DNA from: a bacterium
GTDB taxonomy: Bacteria; UBA8248
Assembly: GCA_963692865.2 (NCBI GenBank)
Contig: OY843592.1
Coordinates: 640,001 to 704,000 of the forward strand
DNA length: 64,000 nt
Reading direction: 5' to 3'
The notes beneath the pieces are model-generated. The model was not told the origin of the DNA and searched no databases. It was given only the letters and a program-made list of their open reading frames with translations. Made by a program: the position numbers and the translations under genes. Below, one piece after another: positions 18,429 through 28,870 of the stretch. Each line of letters opens with the position of its first letter. Position 1 is the first letter of the stretch.

Positions 18429-19256
18429 TCAACGGGGGGCTTTTGCGTCTGGATAAAAGAGTTGCTTTCCCAAGAGCCGAAAATTACGGATGATGCCTTG
18501 CCCCTCGCCGGATGTAAGAAAATCGATATAATTCACCGCCAATTCAAACTTCACGTGGGGATGTCGCTCGGGGTTCACGGCAATCACGCTATAGGGGTTG
18601 TGCAAACGCTTTCCTCTTGGTCCTTGAATCTTGAGGGATATTTTTCCCTTCGCAAAGAGAGCGATATACGTGCCTCTGTCCGTAAGCGCGTATCCGCTTT
18701 TCTCATCCGCAGCCATCAGTGTTCTACCCATTCCTTGGCCCAAAGCGCGATACCAGGAACCAAACACATCAACTCCGGCATCGCTCCAAAGCTCCATTTC
18801 CTTCTTGTGTGTCCCGGAATCATCACCCCTGCTGAACCAAAAGCTTTTCGAATTCTTGATTTGGAGCAACGCCTCGGACACATCGAATGTCTTGAATACC
18901 CCGGCAGGGTCCGATGCCGGGCCGACGATCACAAAATCGTTATACATAACGGATCTTCTGTGAGTACCGTAGCCCCGAGCCATGAACAAATCTTCCGCTT
19001 TCCTCGCATGGACGAGCACAACGTCCACATCGCCGTTCTGCCCCAGTCGCAGAGCTTTACCCGTACCTACGGATATGGTGTGCACGAATACGCCATATCT
19101 TTTCTCAAATACCGGATGCAATTGCTTGAGCAAACCCGAATTCTCCGTACTCGTCGTTGTCGCAAGTTTCAGGCGGTCCAGCGCAAGAGAGTGGGTCCAA
19201 AATCCCAAAACCAACAAAAGGGCCAGGATGAAGCGCGAGATAAAACACAGCGTCAT
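18429..19256 (-). CDS. tupA: Tungstate-binding protein
   Basis: Signal peptide, ATTTSTENSGLL, VGTGKAL, MYNDF, SRGDDSGTH. Confidence 0.93.
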   Translation of the reverse strand: MTLCFISRFILALLLVLGFWTHSLALDRLKLATTTSTENSGLLKQLHPVFEKRYGVFVHTISVGTGKALRLGQNGDVDVVLVHARKAEDLFMARGYGTHRRSVMYNDFVIVGPASDPAGVFKTFDVSEALLQIKNSKSFWFSRGDDSGTHKKEMELWSDAGVDVFGSWYRALGQGMGRTLMAADEKSGYALTDRGTYIALFAKGKISLKIQGPRGKRLHNPYSVIAVNPERHPHVKFELAVNYIDFLTSGEGQGIIRNFRLLGKQLFYPDAKAPR

Positions 19257-19266
19257 TGGGATGCCT

Positions 19267-19590
19267 TCATACTCTTGGTTGTTCTGCAGGTTTGATCGAA
19301 GGCGCACTATCCAGGATTTTGAGATTGATTTCCTGAGAGAGCGCCTCAAGAAGTGTTCTTGTCTCGACTTCCGCGTCAATGGTTGAAGTCAGCCGTGCAA
19401 GAGACATGGGTTCGCCATGTTCGTTTTTCTCGGCACAAGCATGAAAAGTTTGGTAGTACCCTAAAGCATCATAACCTTCCAATATCGCTTGCAAGTAATT
19501 TTGCCGGGATGTCGGCACATGCAACCACCAGATGAGGGAACCGAAGTATGATACTGGGTTGAGTTTCTTTTCTTTGAGATGGGAGGTCAT
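19267..19590 (-). CDS. Small hypothetical protein (DUF4911-like)
   Basis: YLQAILEGYDALG resembles DUF4911. Its start overlaps the upstream gene's stop. Confidence 0.55.
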   Translation of the reverse strand: MTSHLKEKKLNPVSYFGSLIWWLHVPTSRQNYLQAILEGYDALGYYQTFHACAEKNEHGEPMSLARLTSTIDAEVETRTLLEALSQEINLKILDSAPSIKPAEQPRV

Positions 19591-19991
19591 GCGCTCATTT
19601 GAATTCGACTTTCCGCTTGTCGAATGTATTCTGGCATTTCTTTCACAAACAAAGAACGGGGCACCACCTTGTCAAAGCCCGCTCGCGTCGCCGATTTAAG
19701 CAACTCCGGCTCGGTATGCCTGCCCCAGGCAATGGCGTAGGTGTCTTTGTTTTTTTGACTGGTTTTTAGCTTTTTGACGAGCTTACACGCTCTTTCGCCA
19801 CCTAGTTTATGGTGGTGCAAATCGGACATGAATAATGCGGCGCGAAATTTTTCGATGGCCTCGTCAAATTTCTCCTCTGAATCGATGAACTCCAATGCGA
19901 CTCCCCGGGCTATTCCTGCTTCCCGAATGCCGGCGGAAAAAATCAAATCTGAGCAAATGACAAAAACCCTTTTCGGCTCTTCTGTCATCAT
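19587..19991 (-). CDS. Receiver-domain-like hypothetical protein
   Basis: DLIFS..I, DL, GRH, AGFDKVVPRSLF. ATGA-type coupling to its neighbours. Confidence 0.65.
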   Translation of the reverse strand: MMTEEPKRVFVICSDLIFSAGIREAGIARGVALEFIDSEEKFDEAIEKFRAALFMSDLHHHKLGGERACKLVKKLKTSQKNKDTYAIAWGRHTEPELLKSATRAGFDKVVPRSLFVKEMPEYIRQAESRIQMSA

Positions 19992-20383
19992 GAACTGTCT
20001 TTCTTCTCATGTAGGAATTCGTTTTGGGGCTCACCCAAATAGCCGGGCAAGTAGTCGATGCGTCCCGAGGACAATACTTCAATGTATTTCGCCCCATCGG
20101 GCCCCACGCCCGTTGCGCTATGGAACACACCTCCTGGTATCGAGGCGAAACCACCGGGCTCGAGCCACTCCTCAACCCCATCGATGTGCATTCTAAGTTT
20201 ACCCTCAAGCACGACGATAAACTGATCTTCGGGGTGGCGATGAATCGTGCTCTCATCGAACAGCGTATCGGGGGCTATCTCGCCGCGCTGCATCGTCAAC
20301 CCATCCAACGCGGCTGCGCGGCGCATGGTTCCCTTGCGTAGATTTTGTGTTTGCGGAATGTCTTCCCAGCGATGAAAACCCAA
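19988..20383 (-). CDS. Cupin domain protein
   Basis: HRHPEDQ..G.L and IPGGVFHS. Confidence 0.88.
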   Translation of the reverse strand: MGFHRWEDIPQTQNLRKGTMRRAAALDGLTMQRGEIAPDTLFDESTIHRHPEDQFIVVLEGKLRMHIDGVEEWLEPGGFASIPGGVFHSATGVGPDGAKYIEVLSSGRIDYLPGYLGEPQNEFLHEKKDSS

Positions 20384-20452
20384 TCCCTTCTTCCTTGTCT
20401 GTCGTATGTCGGTTCCCTGGACGACAACTACACAACTGATGAGGGAATATTG

Positions 20453-21859
20453 TTAGACTTCCATTTTCTCGCCCAAGAGATCGATAAGCTCATGGATATT
20501 TTCGAGCGTATCGATTTTATAGAGCATCGCCTCAATCAAGGCGATCTGATTGCTCTCGTACACCAAACCAGTACATTCCGTGAATTTCTCGTAAAGCTCC
20601 TCACGATCCATGGGACGCTGAGGGGTGCCGCGGGAGATTTCCGACATTTTCTCGTACACTGTCCCGTCTTCAAGCTCTATCGCCACCTTGCCGCGAATGA
20701 GAGCGTAACCCTGGGCTTCGATCTCATCGTCCATGAAGGGATTTATCTTTTTCATCACCTCCACGACATCGGGCCGCGTTACGACTTCGTCTTTGTATTG
20801 AGCGATGCCGGCAGCGCGCTCCAGCAGCAAGATGCCGAAACCGAACTGTAAAGAGAACTTCGCCTCCAGTTCATTTTGTGGTTCTTTGTAACGCAAAGGC
20901 TCCAGTACACGCGAGGTGGTCCCGAAACGCAACTCTTTTACCTGGTCGGGTTTAATGTCGTTTTCCAGAATCAGGTCTCTGGCGGCATCCATCGCGGGGT
21001 GCGCAAGGGAGCCGCAAGGATAGGGTTTAATCGACACGCCAGGGTCCACCGCCGACCAGGCGTTGCCGAGTTTCCCGACGATATAATCTCTATCGCAGCC
21101 GCCACCCATGATCTGGAAAAATCCCCACTGCCCATCGAATATCGTGGGGTCCGAAGTGTAGCCACCTGCCGCCAGTCTCGCCGCAACAACGCCGTTCTCC
21201 GCCGCGCGACCGCAGTGGTAAGGCTTCGTCATCGTTCCAAAATTCGCACGAAGGCCGGCGCTTTCCGAACAAACGATTCCGTAACACATTCGCAATTGGT
21301 GTTCGTCCAATCCCATCAACTTCGCCGCGGCTGTCGCCGCTCCGATGGCGCCGATCGTACCCGTAGAGTGAAATCCTTTTACGTAATGATCCGGCCGAAT
21401 CGCCTCCGCCACCTTGCACTCGACTTCGAAACCCAGCGCAAATGCGGTTAGCAATTCCTGCCCCGTTGCGCCGATCGCCTCTGCAAGGGCCAGAGCAGCG
21501 GGCATCACCGGACATGTGGGGTGAGTCAACAATCCATATACACGATCCGGGTAGCTGCTCAACTGCGTATCGTCATAATCCATTGCATGGCCGGCGACGC
21601 CATTGGCCAAAGCGGCGAGATGCGCAGGGACCGTCATGCTGGTTCCGATTACCCGCGCCTCGGGTTCTCCTCCAATTTCCCTGAGATAGTTTTGGATAAT
21701 ATGACCACTTTCTTCCGTGGAACCCGCAACCATCAGACCGATACCATCCACGAAACAGCGGCGCATGATTACTCGCACATCTTCAGGAATGTCTTCGTAT
21801 TCCGTCTGCAAGACAAATTCGACGATGGCATCTGTGATGAGAGAATCTGAATCGCTCAT
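20453..21859 (-). CDS. MmgE/PrpD family protein
   Basis: HAMDYDD, THP, GFHSTG, FGTMTKPYH, KPYPCG. Confidence 0.93.
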   Translation of the reverse strand: MSDSDSLITDAIVEFVLQTEYEDIPEDVRVIMRRCFVDGIGLMVAGSTEESGHIIQNYLREIGGEPEARVIGTSMTVPAHLAALANGVAGHAMDYDDTQLSSYPDRVYGLLTHPTCPVMPAALALAEAIGATGQELLTAFALGFEVECKVAEAIRPDHYVKGFHSTGTIGAIGAATAAAKLMGLDEHQLRMCYGIVCSESAGLRANFGTMTKPYHCGRAAENGVVAARLAAGGYTSDPTIFDGQWGFFQIMGGGCDRDYIVGKLGNAWSAVDPGVSIKPYPCGSLAHPAMDAARDLILENDIKPDQVKELRFGTTSRVLEPLRYKEPQNELEAKFSLQFGFGILLLERAAGIAQYKDEVVTRPDVVEVMKKINPFMDDEIEAQGYALIRGKVAIELEDGTVYEKMSEISRGTPQRPMDREELYEKFTECTGLVYESNQIALIEAMLYKIDTLENIHELIDLLGEKMEV

Positions 21860-21893
21860 AACCTCACCTTTCTGAAGAATCCTCGGCAATGGA

Positions 21894-22088
21894 TCAATTC
21901 TTTTGTCGCTCCACCCCATCGGACGCAGGATTCGGCGGAACCGTTATCAGTTTCATCCGGGGCTCAGGACAAAAATATCCGGTTAATGTCGGAAAAATCA
22001 ACGTATTCGAACAAATCCCCGTTAGCGCAAAAATGAAAAGCCCCGACAAAAGCAATGCGCCCAACAACCAAATCACACCACGCGTCAT
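21894..22088 (-). CDS. Small membrane protein (hypothetical)
   Basis: N-terminal hydrophobic helix and a GGGGAA RBS-like sequence. Co-oriented with the downstream operon. Confidence 0.5.
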   Translation of the reverse strand: MTRGVIWLLGALLLSGLFIFALTGICSNTLIFPTLTGYFCPEPRMKLITVPPNPASDGVERQKN

Positions 22089-22164
22089 GATGGATTCCCC
22101 GAAACGCCCAGCTTCTAAGCAAAACGAATACAGGTGAGGGAAGCGCGTCGAATTTAAGTTAAGA

Positions 22165-22196
22165 AATAAAAAACGAGTCGTCTCGCTCGGCGACCC
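22165..22196 (-). terminator. Terminator-like hairpin in a leader region
   Basis: The minus strand reads GGGTCG-CCGAGCGAGA-CGACTC followed by GTTTTTTATTT. Confidence 0.45.
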
Positions 22197-22535
22197 GCGA
22201 TTCGATCCACTTCGCAGAGAGATGCTCCTCTCTCCTGCATCTACAATAATCCCATTCAGAAATCACAAGAACGAAACCTAACAAAAACCATACAGAGCGA
22301 CAAGGTTAAACCACTTTTTTCTCTATTTCCATTTTACATATCTTCTTTAGGCTGGGATAATAGAAGTGAGAGGGGTTGAAGAGTTCATGTACTCCATTAC
22401 ACTTTATTCGTCAGGAATGGAATTTTTGATCTAGTTGGAGTTATTATTTTTTGCTTTTGCTTGTGATTTTTTGCGCAAGCAAATGACGGCCCGATTCTCA
22501 AAAACCAAGAACCATAGATTCGTGACACAACATAG

Positions 22536-23660
22536 ATGGAGCTTGAGATGATTTTGGATATAGAAGCCGGTGACATCCTCCCAGCAAAAGATGCCATCGC
22601 TTTAATGGATCAAACAGACCTAGGTCCTTCCATCGACGTTCCTGAAATCCCCCAAAACGCTCATCCCGAGAACATCACGGAAGAGGAAAGAGAATTCCTG
22701 CAGGGTGAGGTTCGGCGTCTCAAGAAAGAGAGAAACGCTCTCATCCTGGCGCATAACTACGTGCCCCGAGACATTCAGGACGTATCCGATGTCATCGGGG
22801 ATTCATTGTTCCTGGCCCAGCAAGGCGCCGCCTCAAGCGCGGATTTTCTCGTCGAACCATCCGTCTTGTTCATGAACCAGATTTTGGCCGCTCTCAAAAA
22901 ACCCCATCAAACTGTTTTGGCCCCAAGCCTCGAGGCGCTCTGCTCTTTGGCCGCCCATGCTGACGTCGATAAAATTCGAGATTGGAAAAAAGAGCATCCT
23001 GACGGGATTGTCATCAGCTATGTAAACACGTATCTCGAAGTAAAGGCAGAGAGCGATTACTGTTGCGCATCCGCCAACGCTGGCAAGGTTACGCTCCACA
23101 TCCTCGAAAACTCGAGGCCCGAGCAACCCATTCTGTTTTTGCCCGATGTCTTCCTGGGGTTTTACGCGGCTAAACTACTGGAGAATAAAGGACATTCTTT
23201 AGACCGCCTTCATCTCATGATGGGCGCATGCCATGTGCATGAAAGGATTCGTCCGCATCACGTTCTGGAGCAGCAACAACTACACCCTGAAGCCATAACC
23301 GTGGTTCACCCCGAGTGCGGATGCACCAGCGCCTGCATGCGTCAAGTGAACGACGGCATCGTGCCCGAGGACATGCTCCAGTTCCGCTCGACTCAAGGCA
23401 TGATCAAACTGGTGGAGGAAGTTCCTCACTCGGAAGTCATTGTGGCCACCGAGGTCGGAAATCTCCACCCTATGTCCAAGGCAGTTCCGGAAAAAACTTT
23501 GATCCCCGCCAGCCGCGAAGCGCTTTGCGCCTACATGAAACAAAACACGCTGCAAAACCTGTATGAATGCCTGCGGGATCTGAAACATGAAATCACGGTG
23601 GATCCGGAACTGGCGCGGCGCGCGCGAATACCCATCGAGCGCATGCTCGAAATCGTATAA
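22536..23660 (+). CDS. nadA: Quinolinate synthase
   Basis: LAHNY, GDSLFL, SYVNT, three Fe-S Cys (CSLA, CHVH, CAYMK), HPEC. Confidence 0.93.
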   Translation: MELEMILDIEAGDILPAKDAIALMDQTDLGPSIDVPEIPQNAHPENITEEEREFLQGEVRRLKKERNALILAHNYVPRDIQDVSDVIGDSLFLAQQGAASSADFLVEPSVLFMNQILAALKKPHQTVLAPSLEALCSLAAHADVDKIRDWKKEHPDGIVISYVNTYLEVKAESDYCCASANAGKVTLHILENSRPEQPILFLPDVFLGFYAAKLLENKGHSLDRLHLMMGACHVHERIRPHHVLEQQQLHPEAITVVHPECGCTSACMRQVNDGIVPEDMLQFRSTQGMIKLVEEVPHSEVIVATEVGNLHPMSKAVPEKTLIPASREALCAYMKQNTLQNLYECLRDLKHEITVDPELARRARIPIERMLEIV

Positions 23661-23678
23661 CATCAAATACCATTCGAC

Positions 23679-24563
23679 ATGGACATTCGTTCTAAAATCC
23701 GCGAATGGCTCCTCGAGGATTTTGGGGACGCTCCCCTCCACTACGACGCGGCAAAAGAACCCTCATGCACCGCGGAATTGCGCTCGAAAAGCGATGCCAT
23801 TCTTGCAGGCTCCCCGTTTTTACTTCCCGCATTGGAGGAAACCCAAAGTCTTCTGGCCCTCGGAAAATCCAGCCCCCCTGAAATCGACTGGCGAAAGGAT
23901 GAAGGAGCCGAAATTTACAAAGGCGAATTATTGGCATATGTATCCGGCCATACCCAGACAATCTTGAAAGCGGAGCGCACCGCTCTCAATCTCCTTTCCC
24001 ACATCTCGGAAATCGCCACGCATACGGCGAATACTTTGACTCGCTTCGGGGATTTCCCCGAAACTCTCAAGGGGATCATCGATACAAGGAAAAATCGGCC
24101 AGGCTTGCGTTATTTTGAAAAGTACGCGGTTCGCGCAGGTGGCGGGCGGAATCACCGCCTCGGTTTTTTCGACGGGGAAATGATCAAGGACAACGACATC
24201 GCCGTCGCCGGTTCCATCCGCGCCGCAATCAACAGGCAATTCGGCAACCGCTACATGACGGAAACTCAAATCGAAGTGCAGAATCTGACTCAACTGGAAG
24301 AAGTCATCGAAGACGGACGAGTGCACATGATCCTGCTCGACAACATGGACATCGAAACACTCCGAAAAGCCGTTTTCCGCACCCGGAAAGTCGGCATCGC
24401 CTTGAAAACGCAAAAACCCTATGAACTAGAGGCCTCCGGCATCGCCGACGCCGACATCAAGAACATCGCGGAGACGGGGGTGGACTATATTTCCACCAGC
24501 TCGCTCGTCCGCTCCGCCCCTCCGCTTGACTTTCACATGAAGATCACAAAAGTGGATTTATGA
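23679..24563 (+). CDS. nadC: Quinolinate phosphoribosyltransferase (divergent)
   Basis: ERTALN, DTRK..PGLR..EKYAV..GGG.NHR, LLDNM, EASG, GVDYIS. Confidence 0.9.
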   Translation: MDIRSKIREWLLEDFGDAPLHYDAAKEPSCTAELRSKSDAILAGSPFLLPALEETQSLLALGKSSPPEIDWRKDEGAEIYKGELLAYVSGHTQTILKAERTALNLLSHISEIATHTANTLTRFGDFPETLKGIIDTRKNRPGLRYFEKYAVRAGGGRNHRLGFFDGEMIKDNDIAVAGSIRAAINRQFGNRYMTETQIEVQNLTQLEEVIEDGRVHMILLDNMDIETLRKAVFRTRKVGIALKTQKPYELEASGIADADIKNIAETGVDYISTSSLVRSAPPLDFHMKITKVDL

Positions 24564-24638
24564 TATTCTTGTAAAATCGCTTTTGTGATCCGTGTTGAAA
24601 TACTGTGTCTCTGACTTTACTCACCTCAGAGGAAAACT

Positions 24639-25163
24639 ATGTCTTTAGAAGTCGATTCCAAAAGCGTGGACTATTACAAAGCGCCTGACGGGCGCACTAT
24701 TGCCATCCACATCCGAGGAGATTTCGATGATTACGCCAAGTTTCCTCCCTATCTGGATACCGATGAAGCGAAAGAACACATCCGAACCGCATACGCCGGC
24801 CAGGACATTGAAGCGGAGCGCAACACCAAAGCCCACATGACGGATGATGAGGTGCCCCTTCAAATCATCGTCTTGAACAGACCCAAAGGCGCGGTCACCA
24901 AAGCGCATTATCACGTAGTGGAAGAAAGGACCACGAATACGACTCGGCACCAAATTCTTTTGTGCCAGCGTGGGAAGGTTCGAGTCGGCGTATTCACCAA
25001 GGAAGGAGATAACTTGGGCGATGCGATTCTGCATCGCGACGATCTCATATTGATGTACGAGGGACACGAAGTCGAGTTTTTGGAAGATGATTCAAAGGTA
25101 ATCGAAATCAAGGAAGGTCCTTTCCCCGAAACGGACGAACGGGACAAAGTCGATTTGAAATAA
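24639..25163 (+). CDS. Cupin-fold hypothetical protein
   Basis: AHYH, GH.VEFLED, EIKEGP pattern. Confidence 0.7.
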   Translation: MSLEVDSKSVDYYKAPDGRTIAIHIRGDFDDYAKFPPYLDTDEAKEHIRTAYAGQDIEAERNTKAHMTDDEVPLQIIVLNRPKGAVTKAHYHVVEERTTNTTRHQILLCQRGKVRVGVFTKEGDNLGDAILHRDDLILMYEGHEVEFLEDDSKVIEIKEGPFPETDERDKVDLK

Positions 25164-25207
25164 GCAGATATGAACAACTTTCAAACCAGCCTACCCGGAG
25201 AGACGCC

Positions 25208-26224
25208 ATGAAATTCTGCACCTTTGAAGTGCGAACACCCGTTGGGCCATTCGAGCGGTTGGGCGCCGCCGTATCCGAAGGCGACGACCTCCGATACGTC
25301 GACCTCAATTTCGCAGCGGCGGCGGAGTTCAAACAGCGTGGCTCCTTACGACCCCAAGCCATGGCGGACGCCCTCATTCCATCCGACATGCTGGCCATCG
25401 CGGCTTCGGGCAAGGGAGGAATCGAAGCCGCCCAAGAAACGCTCGAATACGCACTCGAACACGAAGACGCCATAGGCCCTCGAGGAGAGCAAATCATCTA
25501 TGCGCCAGGTGAAATCCGCCTGCTCGCGCCAATAAAGCAACCTCCGCTAATTCGCGGATTCGCCGGATTCGAGCGCCATCTCAAAAAAACATTTGAAGTG
25601 ATGAACCTTGAAATCCCAAAAACCTGGTACGAGCGCCCCCTGGCCTTCAAGGCGAGTTGCGCCCACATGGCCGGGCCCGAAGAGGAAGTCCCTTGGCCCA
25701 GCTTCACCGAAAAAATGGATTTCGAACTAGAATTTTGCTGTGTCGTCGGTGTGCCGGGCCGAGACATTTCAGAAGAAGATGCGCATGAGCACATCTTCGG
25801 TTATGCGATATTGAACGACTGGAGCGCCCGGGACGCTCAAGGGGGCGAAATGGCGATGGGAACAGGGCCATACAAGAGCAAGGACTGGTGCTGGAGCTTC
25901 GGTCCCTGGATAGCCACGCCCGATGAAGTCGGCGACCCGAAAAACATCCCCATGGCCGCCAGGGTCAATGGAGAAACCTGGGTGGAAACCACGCCCGGAG
26001 AGATGTACTGGACTTTCTCTCAAATCATCGCCTACACCGCCAGGGACGAGAATCTCCTCACGGGAGACCTGATGGGCTCAGGCACCGTTCCCGGGGGATG
26101 CGGCATGGAAATCGACCGCTGGATTCAACCAGGGGATATCGTGGAAATCGATATGGGGCCGTTAGGAGTCATGAGAAACAAGATCGGCCAAAAGCCGGAA
26201 TCCAAACCCTACACGTACAAATAA
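25208..26224 (+). CDS. Fumarylacetoacetate hydrolase family protein
   Basis: FERH, DFELE, NDWSARD, GDLMGSGT. Confidence 0.92.
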   Translation: MKFCTFEVRTPVGPFERLGAAVSEGDDLRYVDLNFAAAAEFKQRGSLRPQAMADALIPSDMLAIAASGKGGIEAAQETLEYALEHEDAIGPRGEQIIYAPGEIRLLAPIKQPPLIRGFAGFERHLKKTFEVMNLEIPKTWYERPLAFKASCAHMAGPEEEVPWPSFTEKMDFELEFCCVVGVPGRDISEEDAHEHIFGYAILNDWSARDAQGGEMAMGTGPYKSKDWCWSFGPWIATPDEVGDPKNIPMAARVNGETWVETTPGEMYWTFSQIIAYTARDENLLTGDLMGSGTVPGGCGMEIDRWIQPGDIVEIDMGPLGVMRNKIGQKPESKPYTYK

Positions 26225-26226
26225 CC

Positions 26227-28596
26227 TTACGATTCCTTGTCTTTGTCGTTTGCTTGTGGGTTCATGAAGTGAACGACTCTCTGCGGGAAGGGTATTTCAA
26301 TATCTTCTTCTCGAAGCTTTCGGTCAATCGCGAATCTCAATTCGCTCGCGACTCCCAACCGATTCATGACGTTCGAAGTAAAGCACCGCAATTCGAAATC
26401 CAGGCTGCTTGCGCCAAAATCACGAAATACGACCATGGGTGCAGGCTGTTGGCTTACCTGTTCGTTCTCATCGGCTACATCCAGTAAAATCTCTCGAACT
26501 CTCGACACATCAGAGCCATACGCTACACCAACCCCGACTTCCACGCGACCATATTGATCCCGATGCGTCAGGTTGGTAACCGATGTCGAGATAATCTCCG
26601 CATTCGGAATAATAACCGAAGCGCGCTGCCAGGTTTCGAGCTCCGTTGCGCGAAACTGAATTCTTTTCACGATTCCCTCATCGCTTCCCACGCGCACCCA
26701 ATCTCCAACTTTGATGGGCCTTTCCACCAAAAGTATCAATCCTGAAATAAAATTGTTCACCACGTTTTGCAGCCCGAATCCGATCCCCACCGAGAGCGCG
26801 CTTGCGACCAGAGCCAGATTCGAGAGATCGATCCCGGTCACCGAGATGCTCAACAAAGCCGCAAAGATCACGCCCGCATAGCCAATTCCGGAATTCAACG
26901 AGTGGCGCAGACTGGCGGGTAAATTCGTCCTCTCCAGAAACCGCTCCGACAATTGTCTTTGCAAAAACCTCACACTCGCCATGGCGAGGAAAAACACGAA
27001 AACGGCCATGACGATATCGACGATGGATATGCGAATGCTGCCCACGTGGAAACCGGACATTGTCCGTAAAGTCCAGCGAGCGAGATCATCGGGGGGCACT
27101 CCCCAGATGGGCACGATGACAAGGATGCCGCAAAGGAAAACGATTGGATCGACAATGACTCGTCCCCATGCACCGAATCTCTCGACCATGCGGGACGGTA
27201 TGTGGAACTTTTCTTCTATGGACTCGGATTTGGTCGACCAGGATACCAGGTCAAGCATTAATCCACGCGCCAGAACCACCATCCAAAGCAGAAGGCCCGT
27301 AAAGATCAGGTTAGTGAGAAGCCATTCGCCTAAAACGCCATAACCGACAAACAACGCTGCAATGCCAATTCCTGCAAGTACTCTTGCGGTGCTGCGAATC
27401 ACCCTCCACGTCTGTCCCTCTCGTTCGGTTCCGCCTTCCTGGGCCTTTTCGGCCAGCCATAGTTTCCCTGCCGCGAGTTTGACGAAGAACCAACCCTCCA
27501 GGGCGCCAAACAAAGCAGCGTAAATCGCTATCGCCTCGGCGGATCTCGCCTCCTCATTCCTGAGGTTCGAGAAAAACACGTCGAGCGAAAAAACGGCCGC
27601 CAGCATGAATATCAAGCGATACGCGCTGCGCGCGTTTTCAGAAGACTGCTCCGTGAGCCGCCAAGCCTGTTGATCGGGAGAGAGAACCGACTTTGCGAAT
27701 GATACCACCAGATAGAAGAACGGCACGACCCACAGAAAAGTCGTGAGGGCGTCGGCAAACAACCCGCCTATCAAGGCTCCCGGTCGGGTCAGCCATAAAT
27801 AAAGAACCGTCAGAACGATCACCGGGAAGACACTGCTACCGACACCTCCTGCGATGGCGACTCCAAACCGACGCGCATAGGAGGGTTCCAACATCCCTGG
27901 GTCATGGACGAAAATACCCAAAACGCTCCGCCGAATTCCCCAACCCAAGAACGCGCCGAGAACCAAAACCACTGCCCCCGGCAGCAAGACGGCATGAACG
28001 CCAGTGCCGGGGGGGAGTTTTTTGAGCCAATCAAGTGGAGACAAGAGAATGCGCCGAATTTCGGCCGCAATTTCTGGAACGCCTTTGATGAGCACGCCAG
28101 ACGAGACGGGTATCGGAGTACGTCGATACGCCTTTTCCAATAGCCGCTCGAACCTCAACCTGGAAATGGACTCTTCCAACTCCGAAGCACGAACGATAGC
28201 CAACTCCGCCTCGGCGATACGCGCGCGAGCAGCCGTGATTTCACGATTGTACCGAACTCTTCTGTCGGCTATCTCTTTCGCCTCGGGCGGGTTGTCCTTT
28301 CCGGGAGGAGGTCCGATCGCGTTGAGTAATTTTTCAGACTGCCGGAGTTCATTCCGGTATCTTGTTTTGGTTTCACCCGCGCGAGAGAGGACTTGACGCA
28401 ACAAGGACAAATACCCCTGGGTAAGAGCCGGGGGTTTTTCGTCGCCTTTCAGATATAGCGCCGCCTCCCGCAAAACGATTGCCCAATCCCGCGCCTCTGT
28501 AGTTTCGTCTAAATTAACCTCTTCCGCATGCGCGTGCGGAAAAACGAGAAGCGAAATCGCCAAAAAGAAAAAGAGTTCAAAAATCCGTCGCTTCAT
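26227..28596 (-). CDS. Large MscS-family mechanosensitive channel (DUF3772-type)
   Basis: ALSVGIGFGLQNVVNNFISG, ERPIKVGDW, IPN, VGVAYGSD, IPFPQR. Confidence 0.93.
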   Translation of the reverse strand: MKRRIFELFFFLAISLLVFPHAHAEEVNLDETTEARDWAIVLREAALYLKGDEKPPALTQGYLSLLRQVLSRAGETKTRYRNELRQSEKLLNAIGPPPGKDNPPEAKEIADRRVRYNREITAARARIAEAELAIVRASELEESISRLRFERLLEKAYRRTPIPVSSGVLIKGVPEIAAEIRRILLSPLDWLKKLPPGTGVHAVLLPGAVVLVLGAFLGWGIRRSVLGIFVHDPGMLEPSYARRFGVAIAGGVGSSVFPVIVLTVLYLWLTRPGALIGGLFADALTTFLWVVPFFYLVVSFAKSVLSPDQQAWRLTEQSSENARSAYRLIFMLAAVFSLDVFFSNLRNEEARSAEAIAIYAALFGALEGWFFVKLAAGKLWLAEKAQEGGTEREGQTWRVIRSTARVLAGIGIAALFVGYGVLGEWLLTNLIFTGLLLWMVVLARGLMLDLVSWSTKSESIEEKFHIPSRMVERFGAWGRVIVDPIVFLCGILVIVPIWGVPPDDLARWTLRTMSGFHVGSIRISIVDIVMAVFVFFLAMASVRFLQRQLSERFLERTNLPASLRHSLNSGIGYAGVIFAALLSISVTGIDLSNLALVASALSVGIGFGLQNVVNNFISGLILLVERPIKVGDWVRVGSDEGIVKRIQFRATELETWQRASVIIPNAEIISTSVTNLTHRDQYGRVEVGVGVAYGSDVSRVREILLDVADENEQVSQQPAPMVVFRDFGASSLDFELRCFTSNVMNRLGVASELRFAIDRKLREEDIEIPFPQRVVHFMNPQANDKDKES

Positions 28597-28870
28597 AAAT
28601 CTCTCGCATTCAAGATTTCTTTTGCCAGCTTGTTTTCAAGTCGAAGGGTTCGGCATCAAACATTTTCACTATATATAATACAATTTTTCCATCCCGAGCG
28701 GGGAGAGTTCCGCCGATTTCGCAATAAGCAACGGTGTGCGAAACATCAGGTGACGGAAGAACCAGAATCTATGGGATTGTGAACGTTTCCTGACCCCACC
28801 TCGCCCCATCGCCGCAGGCTCTCTTGATCGGGGTTCTAAGTTGAGCATTCAAAGCAATCCATTCTAAACG

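Noticed and set aside
28740-28850. ATCAAGAGAG on the minus strand as a SAM-I riboswitch
   Set aside because: The remaining conserved elements (GCAACC, GTGC) and P1 pairing are missing.
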